From Candidatus Multivorans sp. (lineage in GTDB: Bacteria > Acidobacteriota > Thermoanaerobaculia > Multivoradales > Multivoraceae): a DNA stretch of 64,000 bases. Below the pieces are notes generated by a model. That model saw only the letters and a program-made list of their open reading frames with translations. It was not told where the DNA came from and did not search any database. Both the position numbers and the translations under genes were made by a program. The stretch covers positions 4,800,001-4,864,000 of the forward strand of contig OZ245033.1 of NCBI GenBank assembly GCA_965224025.1, given 5' to 3'. Of the stretch, positions 37,136 to 47,493 are shown piece after piece; positions within the stretch are counted from its first letter, which is position 1, and the number at the start of each line of letters is the position of its first letter.

Positions 37136-38704
37136 ATGGCCACGGAACTGAACCGCTTCCTCAGCCCCCTCGACGCCGGCTTCCTCTACGTGGAGCGCCC
37201 CAACGAAACCATGCACATCGGTGGCTGCATGGTCTACGAGGGCGAGTTCTCCAGAGAACACATGATCGAGCAGGTCGCCGCCCGCATGCACCTGCTGCCC
37301 CGGTACCGGCAGCGCGTGGTGTTCCCGCCTTTTCTCGCCTCCCACCCGCTGTGGGTCGACGACCCGGACTTCGGCATCGCGAATCACATCGACGAGGTCC
37401 GGCTACCGGCGAACAGCAACGAGCAGGTGCTGGGCCGCGTGGCCGCCGAGGCCTACAGCGGCATGCTCGACCGCGACCGTCCGCTGTGGAAGGGCATCGT
37501 GCTGCGCGGCATTCCGGGACACACCGCCGTGGTCTGGAAGATCCATCACGCGATGGTCGATGGCGTCTCCGGCGTCGATCTGACCATGGTGCTGAGCGAC
37601 TTCTCGCCGACCGACGAGCTGCCGGCGCCGCCGGCCGAGCCCTGGGCGCCGCAGCCGCTGCCCGAACCCCTGAGCCTGCTCCAGGAGGCGATGCAGCACC
37701 GATTCAGCGAACTGAACCAGACCTGGACGGAAGCCGCCTTCGACGTTCTGCGGCCCAGCGTCATGGCGGAACGCACTCGCGAGATGATGTCCGCCGGCAG
37801 CGCCACGTTGCCGGTCAGCATCACTCCGGCGCCGCGTACGGTCTTCAACCGGCCGGTCGGCGGCGACCGCGGTTTCGCCTGGGCCCAATTCGCCTTCCCG
37901 ACGATGCGCGCGGTCAAATCCGCCCTGGGCGGCACCGTGAACGACGTCGTGCTCACCGTGCTCGCCGGCGGCCTCGGCCGCTACCTGCGCGCCCGCGGTC
38001 AGAACACGGCGAGGCTCGAACTCCGCGCCATGTGCCCGGTCAGCATGCGGCAGGCGGGAGAACGCGGACAACTCGGCAACCTGGTCTCGAGCATGATCGC
38101 CCCGCTATTCGTAGGCGTCGAGGATCCCGTCGAGCGCCTGGGCAGGGAACGCGACGCGATGAACAAGCTGAAGGAAGCCGGACAGGCCAAGGCCTTCTAC
38201 GAGTTGAGCCAGTTCGGCGTCCGCGTGCCGCCGCTGATGGCGGCCATGGGCGCGGCAATGCCGTTCCCGCAGACGCTGTTCAACACGGTATCGACGAACG
38301 TGCCCGGCCCGATGATCCCCCTCTACTTCGGACGGCACAAGCTGGTCGACTGGCTGCCGCTCGGTATCGTGTCGAACAACATAGGCCTGTTCGTCGCCAT
38401 CCTGACCTACAACCAGCGCATCACACTCGGCATCACCGTGGACTCGAAGCTGATTCCGGATCCGTGGTTCCTCACCCAGTGCCTGGAGGCGTCCTACACC
38501 GAACTGCGCCAGGCCGCCGGCATCGAAGACGACGAAGCAACGGGAGCGCGCTGCTTCGCCGCCCTTGACCAGGCCGAAGCGGCTGGCGCGGGAGCGCCAA
38601 AGCCGGCGATGGCCCCCGAGACCGCCGCTGCCGCGGAACCGGCCAGCGTCACACCAGCCGACGCCGCAGCGGATCAGGACGGCCCCCTCCAGGGAGTCGC
38701 ATAG
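37136..38704 (+). CDS. wax ester synthase/diacylglycerol acyltransferase (WS/DGAT)
   Basis: LSPLDAGFL, MHIGG, KIHHAMVDG, TVNDV and STNVPGP motifs. Confidence 0.92.
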   Translation: MATELNRFLSPLDAGFLYVERPNETMHIGGCMVYEGEFSREHMIEQVAARMHLLPRYRQRVVFPPFLASHPLWVDDPDFGIANHIDEVRLPANSNEQVLGRVAAEAYSGMLDRDRPLWKGIVLRGIPGHTAVVWKIHHAMVDGVSGVDLTMVLSDFSPTDELPAPPAEPWAPQPLPEPLSLLQEAMQHRFSELNQTWTEAAFDVLRPSVMAERTREMMSAGSATLPVSITPAPRTVFNRPVGGDRGFAWAQFAFPTMRAVKSALGGTVNDVVLTVLAGGLGRYLRARGQNTARLELRAMCPVSMRQAGERGQLGNLVSSMIAPLFVGVEDPVERLGRERDAMNKLKEAGQAKAFYELSQFGVRVPPLMAAMGAAMPFPQTLFNTVSTNVPGPMIPLYFGRHKLVDWLPLGIVSNNIGLFVAILTYNQRITLGITVDSKLIPDPWFLTQCLEASYTELRQAAGIEDDEATGARCFAALDQAEAAGAGAPKPAMAPETAAAAEPASVTPADAAADQDGPLQGVA

Positions 38705-38720
38705 TGCGGGGATTCGCCCG

Positions 38721-39530
38721 GTGACATCGGCGCCACGCCGGCCAACCAACCCGATCTGGAGCGTGAATCCGCGCCTGCTGCGGGACACCGTTCCGGCCGC
38801 TCTGCCGCTGTGGCGCGAGGGCTTCGCGATCGCGGAGTTCTCCGTCCTTCCCCTGACGCCGATCTACCACGGCTTCGGCGTACCCCGGGGCGACGGCGCC
38901 GCGGTCGTCGCCGTGCCGGGTTTCACCGGCACCGACGGCTACCTGTCGCCGATGCGCGGCTGGCTCGGCCGCATCGGCTATCGGCCCTACGCATCGGGTG
39001 TCGGACACAACGCGAACTGCCTGGAACGGCTGGGCCAGCGGTTGACGGCAACCCTCGAGACCGCGGCCGCGGAGACCGGCCGCCGCGTTCACCTCGTGGG
39101 TCACAGTCTGGGCGGCGTGCTTGCCCGGGGCGTCGCCTGTCTGGGCCCCGACCTCGTCGCCTCCGTTACCACGATGGGGACGCCGATCCGAGAGGTCCGC
39201 GCCCACCCGCTGGTCACGCGGTTGGCGGAGGTCGTACGGCGGCGGGTCGCCGAGGAGGACGAAAGCCGGGATCCCCGGTGCTTCTCGGGCGACTGCCGGT
39301 GCGACATCGTGCGCGCGGTTCAGGGCGCCTTCCCGGAGGAGATCCCACAACTCGCGATCTACACACGGCGCGACGGCGTCGTTGCGTGGCGCTACACGCG
39401 CCTCCACGATCCCGCAAAGAACAGGGAGGTTCCAGGCACCCACAGCGGACTCGCCGCCAACCCGGTGGCCTACCGCCACCTCGCGCGGTTCCTGAGCCGC
39501 CATCCCGCGACAGGCGAGTCCACGCCATGA
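38721..39530 (+). CDS. alpha/beta-hydrolase (lipase/esterase)
   Basis: PRGDG..VPGF, GHSLGG, DGVV and GTHSGL motifs. Start approximate. Confidence 0.85.
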   Translation: MTSAPRRPTNPIWSVNPRLLRDTVPAALPLWREGFAIAEFSVLPLTPIYHGFGVPRGDGAAVVAVPGFTGTDGYLSPMRGWLGRIGYRPYASGVGHNANCLERLGQRLTATLETAAAETGRRVHLVGHSLGGVLARGVACLGPDLVASVTTMGTPIREVRAHPLVTRLAEVVRRRVAEEDESRDPRCFSGDCRCDIVRAVQGAFPEEIPQLAIYTRRDGVVAWRYTRLHDPAKNREVPGTHSGLAANPVAYRHLARFLSRHPATGESTP

Positions 39531-40942
39531 CGACCGCCAACGAACCGCTGGCGGCCGACCGCGCCTTCCTCTGGAACCTGGAGCGCCAGAGCCCTGGACT
39601 GCACATCGCCGGCCTGGCACGGATCGAAGGCGGGATCGAGCGCCGGGACGTCCTGCAACTGGTGCGGCGCCTTCGCGGTCTGCCCCGGTTCGGACTCCGC
39701 GTGGAGACATCGCCCTTCGGCGCCCCTCGGTGGCGCTCGGCGCCCTTCGAACCCGAACAGCACGTCCACGTCGCTGCCCAAGGCGATCCCGCCTCCGCAC
39801 TCGACGCCGCTCTCGGAAAGGCCCTCGATCCGAAGCGGCCGCTCTGGGAAGCTCACCTCCTGCCCGCCTACCCTGACGGCGGAGACGCGCTGCTGGTCAA
39901 GATCCATCTCGCCGCGGCAGACGGCCTGGGCACCAACGATCTCTTCCAGGTCCTGTTCGACAGCAGCGCGAGGGGCGCCGACGAGAATCGGCCAGGACCG
40001 ACCGCGAACGGCAACGGCGGGAACGACGCGTTCCGGTCCAAAGTCAACTCCGGCAGGCGAATCACCGAGTGGGTCGAGAACTGGACCGGGGCCGGACAGG
40101 ATCTGGTCGAGGGCGCCATGCAACTCGCATCCGAGGAAGTGCGCACAGCGCTGCTGACCCTGAACGAAGTGATGCCCGACGCCGCCCTGCCCCCCCTGCC
40201 TCTGCCGTTCAACCGAGCCGTAGCGGGGCGCCGGCGCCTGATCCGCTCCGAACTCTCCTACGCCGACATCCGCACGATCCGCAGCCGGCTGGGCGGCGCG
40301 CTGTCGGACATCGTCCTCGCCGTGGTCGGCGGCGCCCTGGAGCGCTATCTCACCGCCCGTGGCGTGGCCACCGCCGGCCGCAGCCTGAAGATCGCCCTGG
40401 CGACCGACATCCCTGATCGCGACGGCAGCCGACGCAGCCTGTTGCCAATCGAAGTCCCATTGGATGTGGGCGCCGCGCATCGATTGCGCGCCGTTCATCA
40501 GCTCGCCCGCCTGTTGCGCGCGGCCCGGGTCCCGGACGCGCTGTCGCGCCTGATGGGTACGCTGCGCGCTGCCGGTCCGCTGGCGGCGGCCGCTACCGCA
40601 ATCACGTCACGGATCCGGCCGCCCTTCCACCTCACCGTGGCCAACGCGACCGGCCCCCAGATTCCCAAGTTCCTGGCCGGCCGACCGGTCATCGGCTACA
40701 CCCCGTCCTGGCCGGTCGGCTTCGGCCAGGGCCTCTCCTGCGCGTTCTTCGCCTACAACCAACTGCTGCACGTCGGCCTCACCGTGGACGAACGAGCCTG
40801 TCCGGACGGCGCCATGCTGCCCGACCTGCTCATGGAGTCGCTAGGCGAACTCCGCGAAGCAGCCGGCAGCGCCCCGCGCCGGCCGGTTCGCGATGCCCCA
40901 CTTGCGCCGCGACCGCACGCAGATCAGACCTTGGAGACATAG
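39527..40942 (+). CDS. degenerate WS/DGAT-family protein
   Basis: ADRAFL, LHIAG, RPLWEAH, active site altered to KIHLAAADG, and NATGP. True ATG at 39527. Confidence 0.8.
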   Translation: MTTANEPLAADRAFLWNLERQSPGLHIAGLARIEGGIERRDVLQLVRRLRGLPRFGLRVETSPFGAPRWRSAPFEPEQHVHVAAQGDPASALDAALGKALDPKRPLWEAHLLPAYPDGGDALLVKIHLAAADGLGTNDLFQVLFDSSARGADENRPGPTANGNGGNDAFRSKVNSGRRITEWVENWTGAGQDLVEGAMQLASEEVRTALLTLNEVMPDAALPPLPLPFNRAVAGRRRLIRSELSYADIRTIRSRLGGALSDIVLAVVGGALERYLTARGVATAGRSLKIALATDIPDRDGSRRSLLPIEVPLDVGAAHRLRAVHQLARLLRAARVPDALSRLMGTLRAAGPLAAAATAITSRIRPPFHLTVANATGPQIPKFLAGRPVIGYTPSWPVGFGQGLSCAFFAYNQLLHVGLTVDERACPDGAMLPDLLMESLGELREAAGSAPRRPVRDAPLAPRPHADQTLET

Positions 40943-41275
40943 ATGAACCGTCCCGCCATTCCCAAGCAGGTGCTCGACTACCAGAAGCAGGTGCTCGAGT
41001 TCCAGAAGTCCGCGTTCGAGAACGGCTACAACGCGATCGTCGCGCTGCAGGAACGGCAGCTCGAACTCGCCGACCGGATGATCGGCCAGGTTCCGAACCT
41101 GCCCGATGAAGCCCGCGCCCTGATGCAGACCTGGCGCGACGCCGCCGAGGAGGGTCAACGGCAGTTCAAGAACACGGTGGACGGCTCCTTCGCCGCCGTC
41201 ACCACCTACCTCGACCGGCTCGCGGAGGGCTCTCCGGCCGAGGATTCGGCAAGCGAAACGGAGGCAACCGAGTGA
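40943..41275 (+). CDS. phasin-like helical protein
   Basis: KQVLEFQKSAFENGYNAIVALQERQ..LPDEAR..W..FK..VD pattern of phasin-type proteins. Confidence 0.65.
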   Translation: MNRPAIPKQVLDYQKQVLEFQKSAFENGYNAIVALQERQLELADRMIGQVPNLPDEARALMQTWRDAAEEGQRQFKNTVDGSFAAVTTYLDRLAEGSPAEDSASETEATE

Positions 41276-41841
41276 ACGACATGGCAAACGAGTACCCGCG
41301 CACGGTCCACCTCAAGGGCAAGCCGTTCGAGTTCAGGCTTCTCGGCCACGACGACAGAGATGACATGCTGGGGTTCGCACGCACCCTGCCGGAAGAGGAT
41401 CTCCGGTTCCTGCGCGTCGACCTGACCGATCCGAAGGTCGTCGACCACTGGATCGAAGGCGTGAACTCAGGGCTCCGGATTGCCGTGCTCGCCCACCTCG
41501 ACGGCCGGCTCGTGGGCTACGGCAGCCTGAACCGCCGCGAGTCGTCGTGGATGCGGCACCTGGGCGAGATCCGGATCATGGTGCTGCCGGAGGTCCGGCA
41601 GGTCGGTCTAGGAGGCCACCTGGCGCACGACGTCTTCCAACTCGCCCAACAGATCGGGCTGACCAAGATCGTCGCCCAGATGGCCCGCGAGCAGCGCGGC
41701 GCCCGCCAGATGTTCCACAAGCTGGGCTTCTCGATCGAAGCCCTGCTCGCGGATTGGGTGATCGATCCCGACGACGCCACGCATGACCTGATTCTGATGT
41801 CCTACGACGTGACCGGGTTGGAGGCGGGGGCGGGGGCCTAG
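41272..41841 (+). CDS. GNAT family N-acetyltransferase
   Basis: VLPEVRQVGLG acetyl-CoA motif and MFHKLGF. Confidence 0.85.
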   Translation: MNDMANEYPRTVHLKGKPFEFRLLGHDDRDDMLGFARTLPEEDLRFLRVDLTDPKVVDHWIEGVNSGLRIAVLAHLDGRLVGYGSLNRRESSWMRHLGEIRIMVLPEVRQVGLGGHLAHDVFQLAQQIGLTKIVAQMAREQRGARQMFHKLGFSIEALLADWVIDPDDATHDLILMSYDVTGLEAGAGA

Positions 41842-41848
41842 CTTCGGC

Positions 41849-42151
41849 GTGAACGATCGCGTCGGCGCGATGACGGAGCCGCCGCATCTCGGCGTGCTTG
41901 GCCACGAGAGCATGGACGAGGTCGGCTGGAACGTGACTGAGACAACGGCGCGCTTGGACTGTGAAGGCGGAACGCTCTCGCGTTTTCTGAACGGCGGGGC
42001 CGGTGTATTCGCGAAGATGGCGCTGGCGTGTGAAGGAATCGGCTGGGGAACTGCCGACCACTGGATGCGGATGTAGGCGAGCTTCGAACTTGCACAGGCG
42101 CGCCGCGCGCGGGCAGCAGCCGGAAGGCCCGTGGCCGAAGCGCAGGCCTGA
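41849..42151 (+). pseudogene. higA: HigA-family antitoxin pseudogene
   Basis: PPHLG..GWNVTETTARL..TLSRFLNG..MAL..GWGTADHWMRM*ASFELAQAR, with an internal TAG at 42074-42076 where Q is expected. Confidence 0.75.
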
Positions 42152-42266
42152 TCCGGTTCGGGCAGGCCGACACGCAACAACCGGCCCGTCGACCGCTGAC
42201 GCCAGCGCGAGTTCTGCCGGCTGACCGCCTCGGCGACGCCGGACAGCTTCACCTCGATTAGGGCGA

Positions 42267-42294
42267 GGTCTATCCCCGCGGGTGCGGGGGAACC
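42267..42294 (-). CRISPR. single orphan type I-E-like CRISPR repeat
   Basis: GGTCTATCCCCGCGGGTGCGGGGGAACC (rev. GGTTCCCCCGCACCCGCGGGGATAGACC) fits the I-E repeat pattern. No second copy was found. Confidence 0.65.
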
Positions 42295-42384
42295 TGACAG
42301 ACAAGCACTGTCAATGGCAACCAAAAACTGCATACTTTGTCCGAGGGAGCGGTAGCGGTGCGGGTAGCGGTCGTACCAGAAGCA

Positions 42385-45300
42385 CGCTCAACGAAGGCCG
42401 GGGGATGAACCCCGGCGACACGCGTCCGTGAAGGCGTTCGTGTCGGCCTCGCCCTCCGCTCAACGAAGGCCGGGGGATGAACCCCGGCGACACCGGCTGG
42501 TGGCCCGGACCTGCGAACGCTGCGTCAGCGCTCAACGAAGGCCGGGGGATGAACCCCGGCGACACTCGGTTGTTAGCCGCACGTACACGCCGGCATTCGG
42601 CGCTCAACGAAGGCCGGGGGATGAACCCCGGCGACACTCGCTCCAGTTCTCTGCCTTCTGCTGGCTCGGCACCGCTCAACGAAGGCCGGGGGATGAACCC
42701 CGGCGACACTCAAAGATGCAGAACGAATCAGAGAACGTCGAGCCCGCTCAACGAAGGCCGGGGGATGAACCCCGGCGACACATCCACGAACAGCGGGTGC
42801 GGTCCCTGCGACGGGACGCTCAACGAAGGCCGGGGGATGAACCCCGGCGACACCATCCGAGCTGTCCCGACTGTGGCGAGCCGGTCAAACGCTCAACGAA
42901 GGCCGGGGGATGAACCCCGGCGACACGATCTTCCAGTTCTCGGCGTCGGGCACGGTGCTCGGCGCTCAACGAAGGCCGGGGGATGAACCCCGGCGACACT
43001 AGAGCAGGTTCGAGGGCACGTAGCCGGTGCCCTTCGCTCAACGAAGGCCGGGGGATGAACCCCGGCGACACTCGAAGACGTCCTCGATCGGGACCGGGTC
43101 GAACTGCGCTCAACGAAGGCCGGGGGATGAACCCCGGCGACACGCGAAGCCGGCGGGGAGCGGATCCTCGAGGATCCTCGCTCAACGAAGGCCGGGGGAT
43201 GAACCCCGGCGACACAAGAGAATCCGCCGCAGGGGAACAGCGTTACCTTCGCTCAACGAAGGCCGGGGGATGAACCCCGGCGACACGCCCGTCGCGGCAT
43301 CCGTGGCCGCCCACGTCCTCGACGCTCAACGAAGGCCGGGGGATGAACCCCGGCGACACTCCGTGACTTCATCGGCAGCAGTCATGCTCCGAACCGCTCA
43401 ACGAAGGCCGGGGGATGAACCCCGGCGACACCCGAAGCGAAGTGCCCATCCGTCTTCTCAATGCTCCGCTCAACGAAGGCCGGGGGATGAACCCCGGCGA
43501 CACCGCCACGCCGTGCGCCACGTCTCGGTGACGAACGCGCTCAACGAAGGCCGGGGGATGAACCCCGGCGACACTCTGCCGGCGCCGCTATCGCGTCGTG
43601 GATGAAGTGCGCTCAACGAAGGCCGGGGGATGAACCCCGGCGACACCACAGACCGTCACCGCCCCACTGGGCGCTCGGATGCGCTCAACGAAGGCCGGGG
43701 GATGAACCCCGGCGACACAAGACCTTCTCGTGCCCGAGCGTGTCCCAAGCGGTCGCTCAACGAAGGCCGGGGGATGAACCCCGGCGACACCCACAGACCG
43801 TCACCGCCCCACTGGGCGGACGGATGCGCTCAACGAAGGCCGGGGGATGAACCCCGGCGACACCTCCCAGAGCTGATCGACCAAGCCGACATAGAGCCGC
43901 GCTCAACGAAGGCCGGGGGATGAACCCCGGCGACACCGTACAGCCGCGTCCGTCCGTCCACCTTCACCGCCGCTCAACGAAGGCCGGGGGATGAACCCCG
44001 GCGACACTCCGAGGCACTGCCAGCGCCGTGCAGATGTCGGCCGCTCAACGAAGGCCGGGGGATGAACCCCGGCGACACCGCCCATCTCCTTCTGCTTGCC
44101 TCCCGGCATTAGCTCGCTCAACGAAGGCCGGGGGATGAACCCCGGCGACACATGACGACAGCGATCACAAGGGACGCCGCGGCCACCGCTCAACGAAGGC
44201 CGGGGGATGAACCCCGGCGACACCGTCCTGACCGGCGCCGTTCTTCGTCGTCAGCTCGGTCGCTCAACGAAGGCCGGGGGATGAACCCCGGCGACACCGC
44301 CCCTCCGAGTGGCCGTAGACTGCCGGCTGCACCGCTCAACGAAGGCCGGGGGATGAACCCCGGCGACACCCTGCGCCGGCACCCGGGCCAGGAAGTCGCG
44401 GAGCGCTCAACGAAGGCCGGGGGATGAACCCCGGCGACACGTCCGGGCTCCCACGAGATCTCGCGGGCCAGGGGCGCATACGCTCAACGAAGGCCGGGGG
44501 ATGAACCCCGGCGACACGGTGCTCAAGCTGCACCGGGCGGGCTATCCGGCGGCCGGCGCTCAACGAAGGCCGGGGGATGAACCCCGGCGACACCCGGCAG
44601 GACGATGCTCTCGGACTCCAGCAGGCCCTTCGCTCAACGAAGGCCGGGGGATGAACCCCGGCGACACGAAGCGGAACCGGTCCGGGTCGCCCCAGTCGAT
44701 CGGCGCTCAACGAAGGCCGGGGGATGAACCCCGGCGACACCCAGGTGGCCCAGTAGGTCCAGATGTTGCGCTTGATCGCTCAACGAAGGCCGGGGGATGA
44801 ACCCCGGCGACACCAGTCGTTGCCGTCGATCTGCCGCACCGCGGCGAGCGCTCAACGAAGGCCGGGGGATGAACCCCGGCGACACCTGGCCATCCACCAC
44901 CTGACCACCGAGGCGACCTGCGCTCAACGAAGGCCGGGGGATGAACCCCGGCGACACAGGCCGTCGCGGGCGCACTCCGCGGCCCCAACCGACGCTCAAC
45001 GAAGGCCGGGGGATGAACCCCGGCGACACCGGCCGGGGCGGGGTCGGGGATCAGCGCGCTCGTCATCGCTCAACGAAGGCCGGGGGATGAACCCCGGCGA
45101 CACTCCGCCGCGGGCGTAGCCGACCCGCGAGTGACGGAACGCTCAACGAAGGCCGGGGGATGAACCCCGGCGACACACGCTCGCGGACATGGGCTGGCGG
45201 CCCACCAAGTCCGCTCAACGAAGGCCGGGGGATGAACCCCGGCGACACAGCCACGCGAGGACGGCGGCTGCTCGGCGGGTCGTGATCGCTCAACGAAGGC

Positions 45301-45396
45301 CGGGGGATGAACCCCGGCGACACCTCGTGCAGTTGCACCGCCTCCGGCGACGGCGAGTGCGCTCAACGAAGGCCGGGGGATGAACCCCGGCGACAC
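42385..45396 (-). CRISPR. CRISPR array: 42 identical 37-bp repeats, 41 spacers (34-40 bp)
   Basis: Repeat on + is CGCTCAACGAAGGCCGGGGGATGAACCCCGGCGACAC (hairpin GCCGGGG..CCCCGGC). Counted manually; orientation inferred from the position of cas2 and the leader. Confidence 0.97.
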
Positions 45397-45578
45397 TGCT
45401 AATGTCAAAGAGCAACTCGCCGAGAGCGACGGAAAACAGAATCTACCCCTTGACGGGAGACTCCTAGACATCGTTCACGCACCTGCGCAGGAGAAAATAC
45501 GCCTCGCGCGCGACCACCGAGGACTGATTCCCGCCCGCCGAGGTTGCCGAACCCAGGATCACCGGACGTTCGCAGGGT
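45397..45578 (-). promoter_or_regulatory. CRISPR leader
   Basis: Relatively AT-rich non-coding segment between the cas2 stop and the first repeat. Confidence 0.7.
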
Positions 45579-45869
45579 TCACAAGACCCAAGGATCTCCA
45601 AGTTCGCGGCCTCTCCCACGACCCAAACGGGTGCGAAAGTCGGCGATCGGGCCCGGGAAGCGGTAGACGACAAGCGAGTCCAGGTCCGCGTCCATGACGT
45701 CCTGGATTTCGCCGACCAGCCGGGCGAACCGAGTGGGCGACAACCGGCATTCGAAGACCGAGAACTGGACCCGCTCGCCGTACTTCTCGCAGACCTTGGC
45801 GACGCGTCTCAGTCGCGACGCGCCCTTGCCGTCCGTGTCGGCAATGTCGTACGCGACAAGAACATCCAC
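45579..45869 (-). CDS. cas2: CRISPR-associated endoribonuclease Cas2
   Basis: VLVAYDI..RLRRVAKVCEKYGERVQFSVFEC; GTG start 45869. Confidence 0.95.
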   Translation of the reverse strand: MDVLVAYDIADTDGKGASRLRRVAKVCEKYGERVQFSVFECRLSPTRFARLVGEIQDVMDADLDSLVVYRFPGPIADFRTRLGRGRGRELGDPWVL

Positions 45870-45871
45870 GT

Positions 45872-46888
45872 TCAGGCCATCACGTAGGCAGGATAGGCCG
45901 GAAGATCGCCCCGCAGATGCCGCGCAAGCAGTGTCGCCTGGACCGACGGCAGAGCCCATCTCTCAACACGACGGCCGAGCACGCCGTGGGAGAGCTGCCT
46001 TGCCTTGTCGCGCTCCCAGGCTTCGATCAGCGTCGTTCTTCCCGGGTCCGTCAAGTAGGTCCCTCCGCCCGGCATACGAACGAAGCTGTCGGGACCGATC
46101 TGCCTACGGCGAACCAAGGTAACCACGAAGCGATCAGAGAGGGCGCGAAGCTCTTCAGCCAAGTCGAGTGCCAGTGACGGCCTTCCCGACCGAGGCCGAT
46201 GGAAGAACCCCAGCTGGTAGTCAAGGCCCAAGCTCTCCACGGCACCGATTATCTCGGTCACCACCAGGCCGTAGCAGAACCCCAACATCGCGTTCACGGG
46301 GTCACGCGGCGGCCGCCGACTCCTGGCCCGGAATCCGAGATGGCTCGTCGAAAGGGCGAGTCCGAGCGCACGGAAGTAGATTCTGGCGGCGTCGCCTTCA
46401 ACGCCCCGCACATGGTCCCCGCTGGTCGCCTCCGCCAGTCTGGCCACCCGCTCGCGAAGCTGAACAGATCGACGACCCAATCCCTCGGCGCGAACCGGTT
46501 CTCTCTCGTCTCGCGCCCATCGAGCCACTACCCTGCTGCTGTTCTGAAGCTTCGCCGCGACGACTGCCTTGGACAGTTCAAGCGAATGGTCCTCGTCCTC
46601 CACGGCCCGATAGTGGGCAATCCGCAGGTGAACATTTCCTCCAGTGGGCGCCCCGACAACGAACCGCGGCGCGCCGCCCCTGGTCAAGGCCGCAATCCGG
46701 ACTCCCCGGCGCGTACAGGCCTCCATCGCCTGCGTGGTGACCTGTGCACCCCCCAACAGAATCACCGAGTCGACCGCTTCAAGCGGTACACGACGACTCC
46801 CTTGCGGAGACGAGATGAGAAGCGCGCCCGAGCGATGCCCCACCCGTGCTCGGTGTTCGCGGACATAGACCGTACTCAGATAGCGCAT
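45872..46888 (-). CDS. cas1: CRISPR-associated integrase Cas1
   Basis: RGVEGDAARIYF, RRPPRDPVNAMLGFCY, GFFH and SLALDLAEELR motifs. Confidence 0.95.
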   Translation of the reverse strand: MRYLSTVYVREHRARVGHRSGALLISSPQGSRRVPLEAVDSVILLGGAQVTTQAMEACTRRGVRIAALTRGGAPRFVVGAPTGGNVHLRIAHYRAVEDEDHSLELSKAVVAAKLQNSSRVVARWARDEREPVRAEGLGRRSVQLRERVARLAEATSGDHVRGVEGDAARIYFRALGLALSTSHLGFRARSRRPPRDPVNAMLGFCYGLVVTEIIGAVESLGLDYQLGFFHRPRSGRPSLALDLAEELRALSDRFVVTLVRRRQIGPDSFVRMPGGGTYLTDPGRTTLIEAWERDKARQLSHGVLGRRVERWALPSVQATLLARHLRGDLPAYPAYVMA

Positions 46889-47493
46889 CGGTACAGCGTG
46901 CTGGCGACGTAGCGTCGGACTCGACCGGGGTTGCTAACCAGTTCCGGGACGCAGTGATGGCGAAGCTGACACTCCGAACAGCGGGCATCGTTCGGCGCTT
47001 GGGGCAGCTTGCCGGTTCTCGTCATGGCCCGTATCCGTCCGACAACCTCCAAGGTCTCTCGCCGAAGCTGCTCGCTCAACTCGACCCGTGCGCGACGCCG
47101 AGGACCGCCGTACCACACGTAGCCAACGGCGATGTGCAGACCGAGCATCTCCTCCAGACAAAGGGCCTGGGCGCAGAGTTGCAGGTCCGCCGTCCTCCCG
47201 TGCCTTACTCCCGACTTGTACTCCACCGGGGCGACAGTGTTCCCCTTCACTTCGACAGCGTCCGCTCGGCCCGACAGCCCATGTCTTTCCGACCAAAGCG
47301 GAATCGCCCGAAGCATGAACCACCCGCGCTCCTCGCGATGGCGTCCGCTGTCGACCCGGCGGTGGCCGCGCGATCCCTTCACCGTGTGTGTATTGTCGGT
47401 CCACACCCCGTCACAGTGAATCAGTGCACACTGCCTGGGACAGTAGGCGTAGTGCTCGATCGCCGAGATCGGAACGGTCGAGACCGCGCTCAG
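46876..47493 (-). CDS. cas4: CRISPR-associated exonuclease Cas4 (start uncertain)
   Basis: AIEHYAYCPRQ, GRADAVE, PVEYKSG, QLCAQALCLEE and C-terminal CxxCxxxxxC Fe-S cysteines. Confidence 0.93.
   Translation of the reverse strand: MSAVSTVPISAIEHYAYCPRQCALIHCDGVWTDNTHTVKGSRGHRRVDSGRHREERGWFMLRAIPLWSERHGLSGRADAVEVKGNTVAPVEYKSGVRHGRTADLQLCAQALCLEEMLGLHIAVGYVWYGGPRRRARVELSEQLRRETLEVVGRIRAMTRTGKLPQAPNDARCSECQLRHHCVPELVSNPGRVRRYVASTLYRCAI

Noticed and set aside
42385-45396. Self-targeting spacers within the window
   Set aside because: None noticed by eye. An exhaustive alignment was not possible, so this is untested rather than excluded.
42311-45471. Many ORFs with repeated MNPGDT/AQRRPGDEPRRH/SPGFIPRPSLS peptides
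   Set aside because: They are translations of the CRISPR repeats, not genes.
46876-46888. Programmed frameshift creating a Cas4-Cas1 fusion
   Set aside because: cas1 has its own ATG and a typical N-terminus, and no slippery sequence was seen in the overlap.
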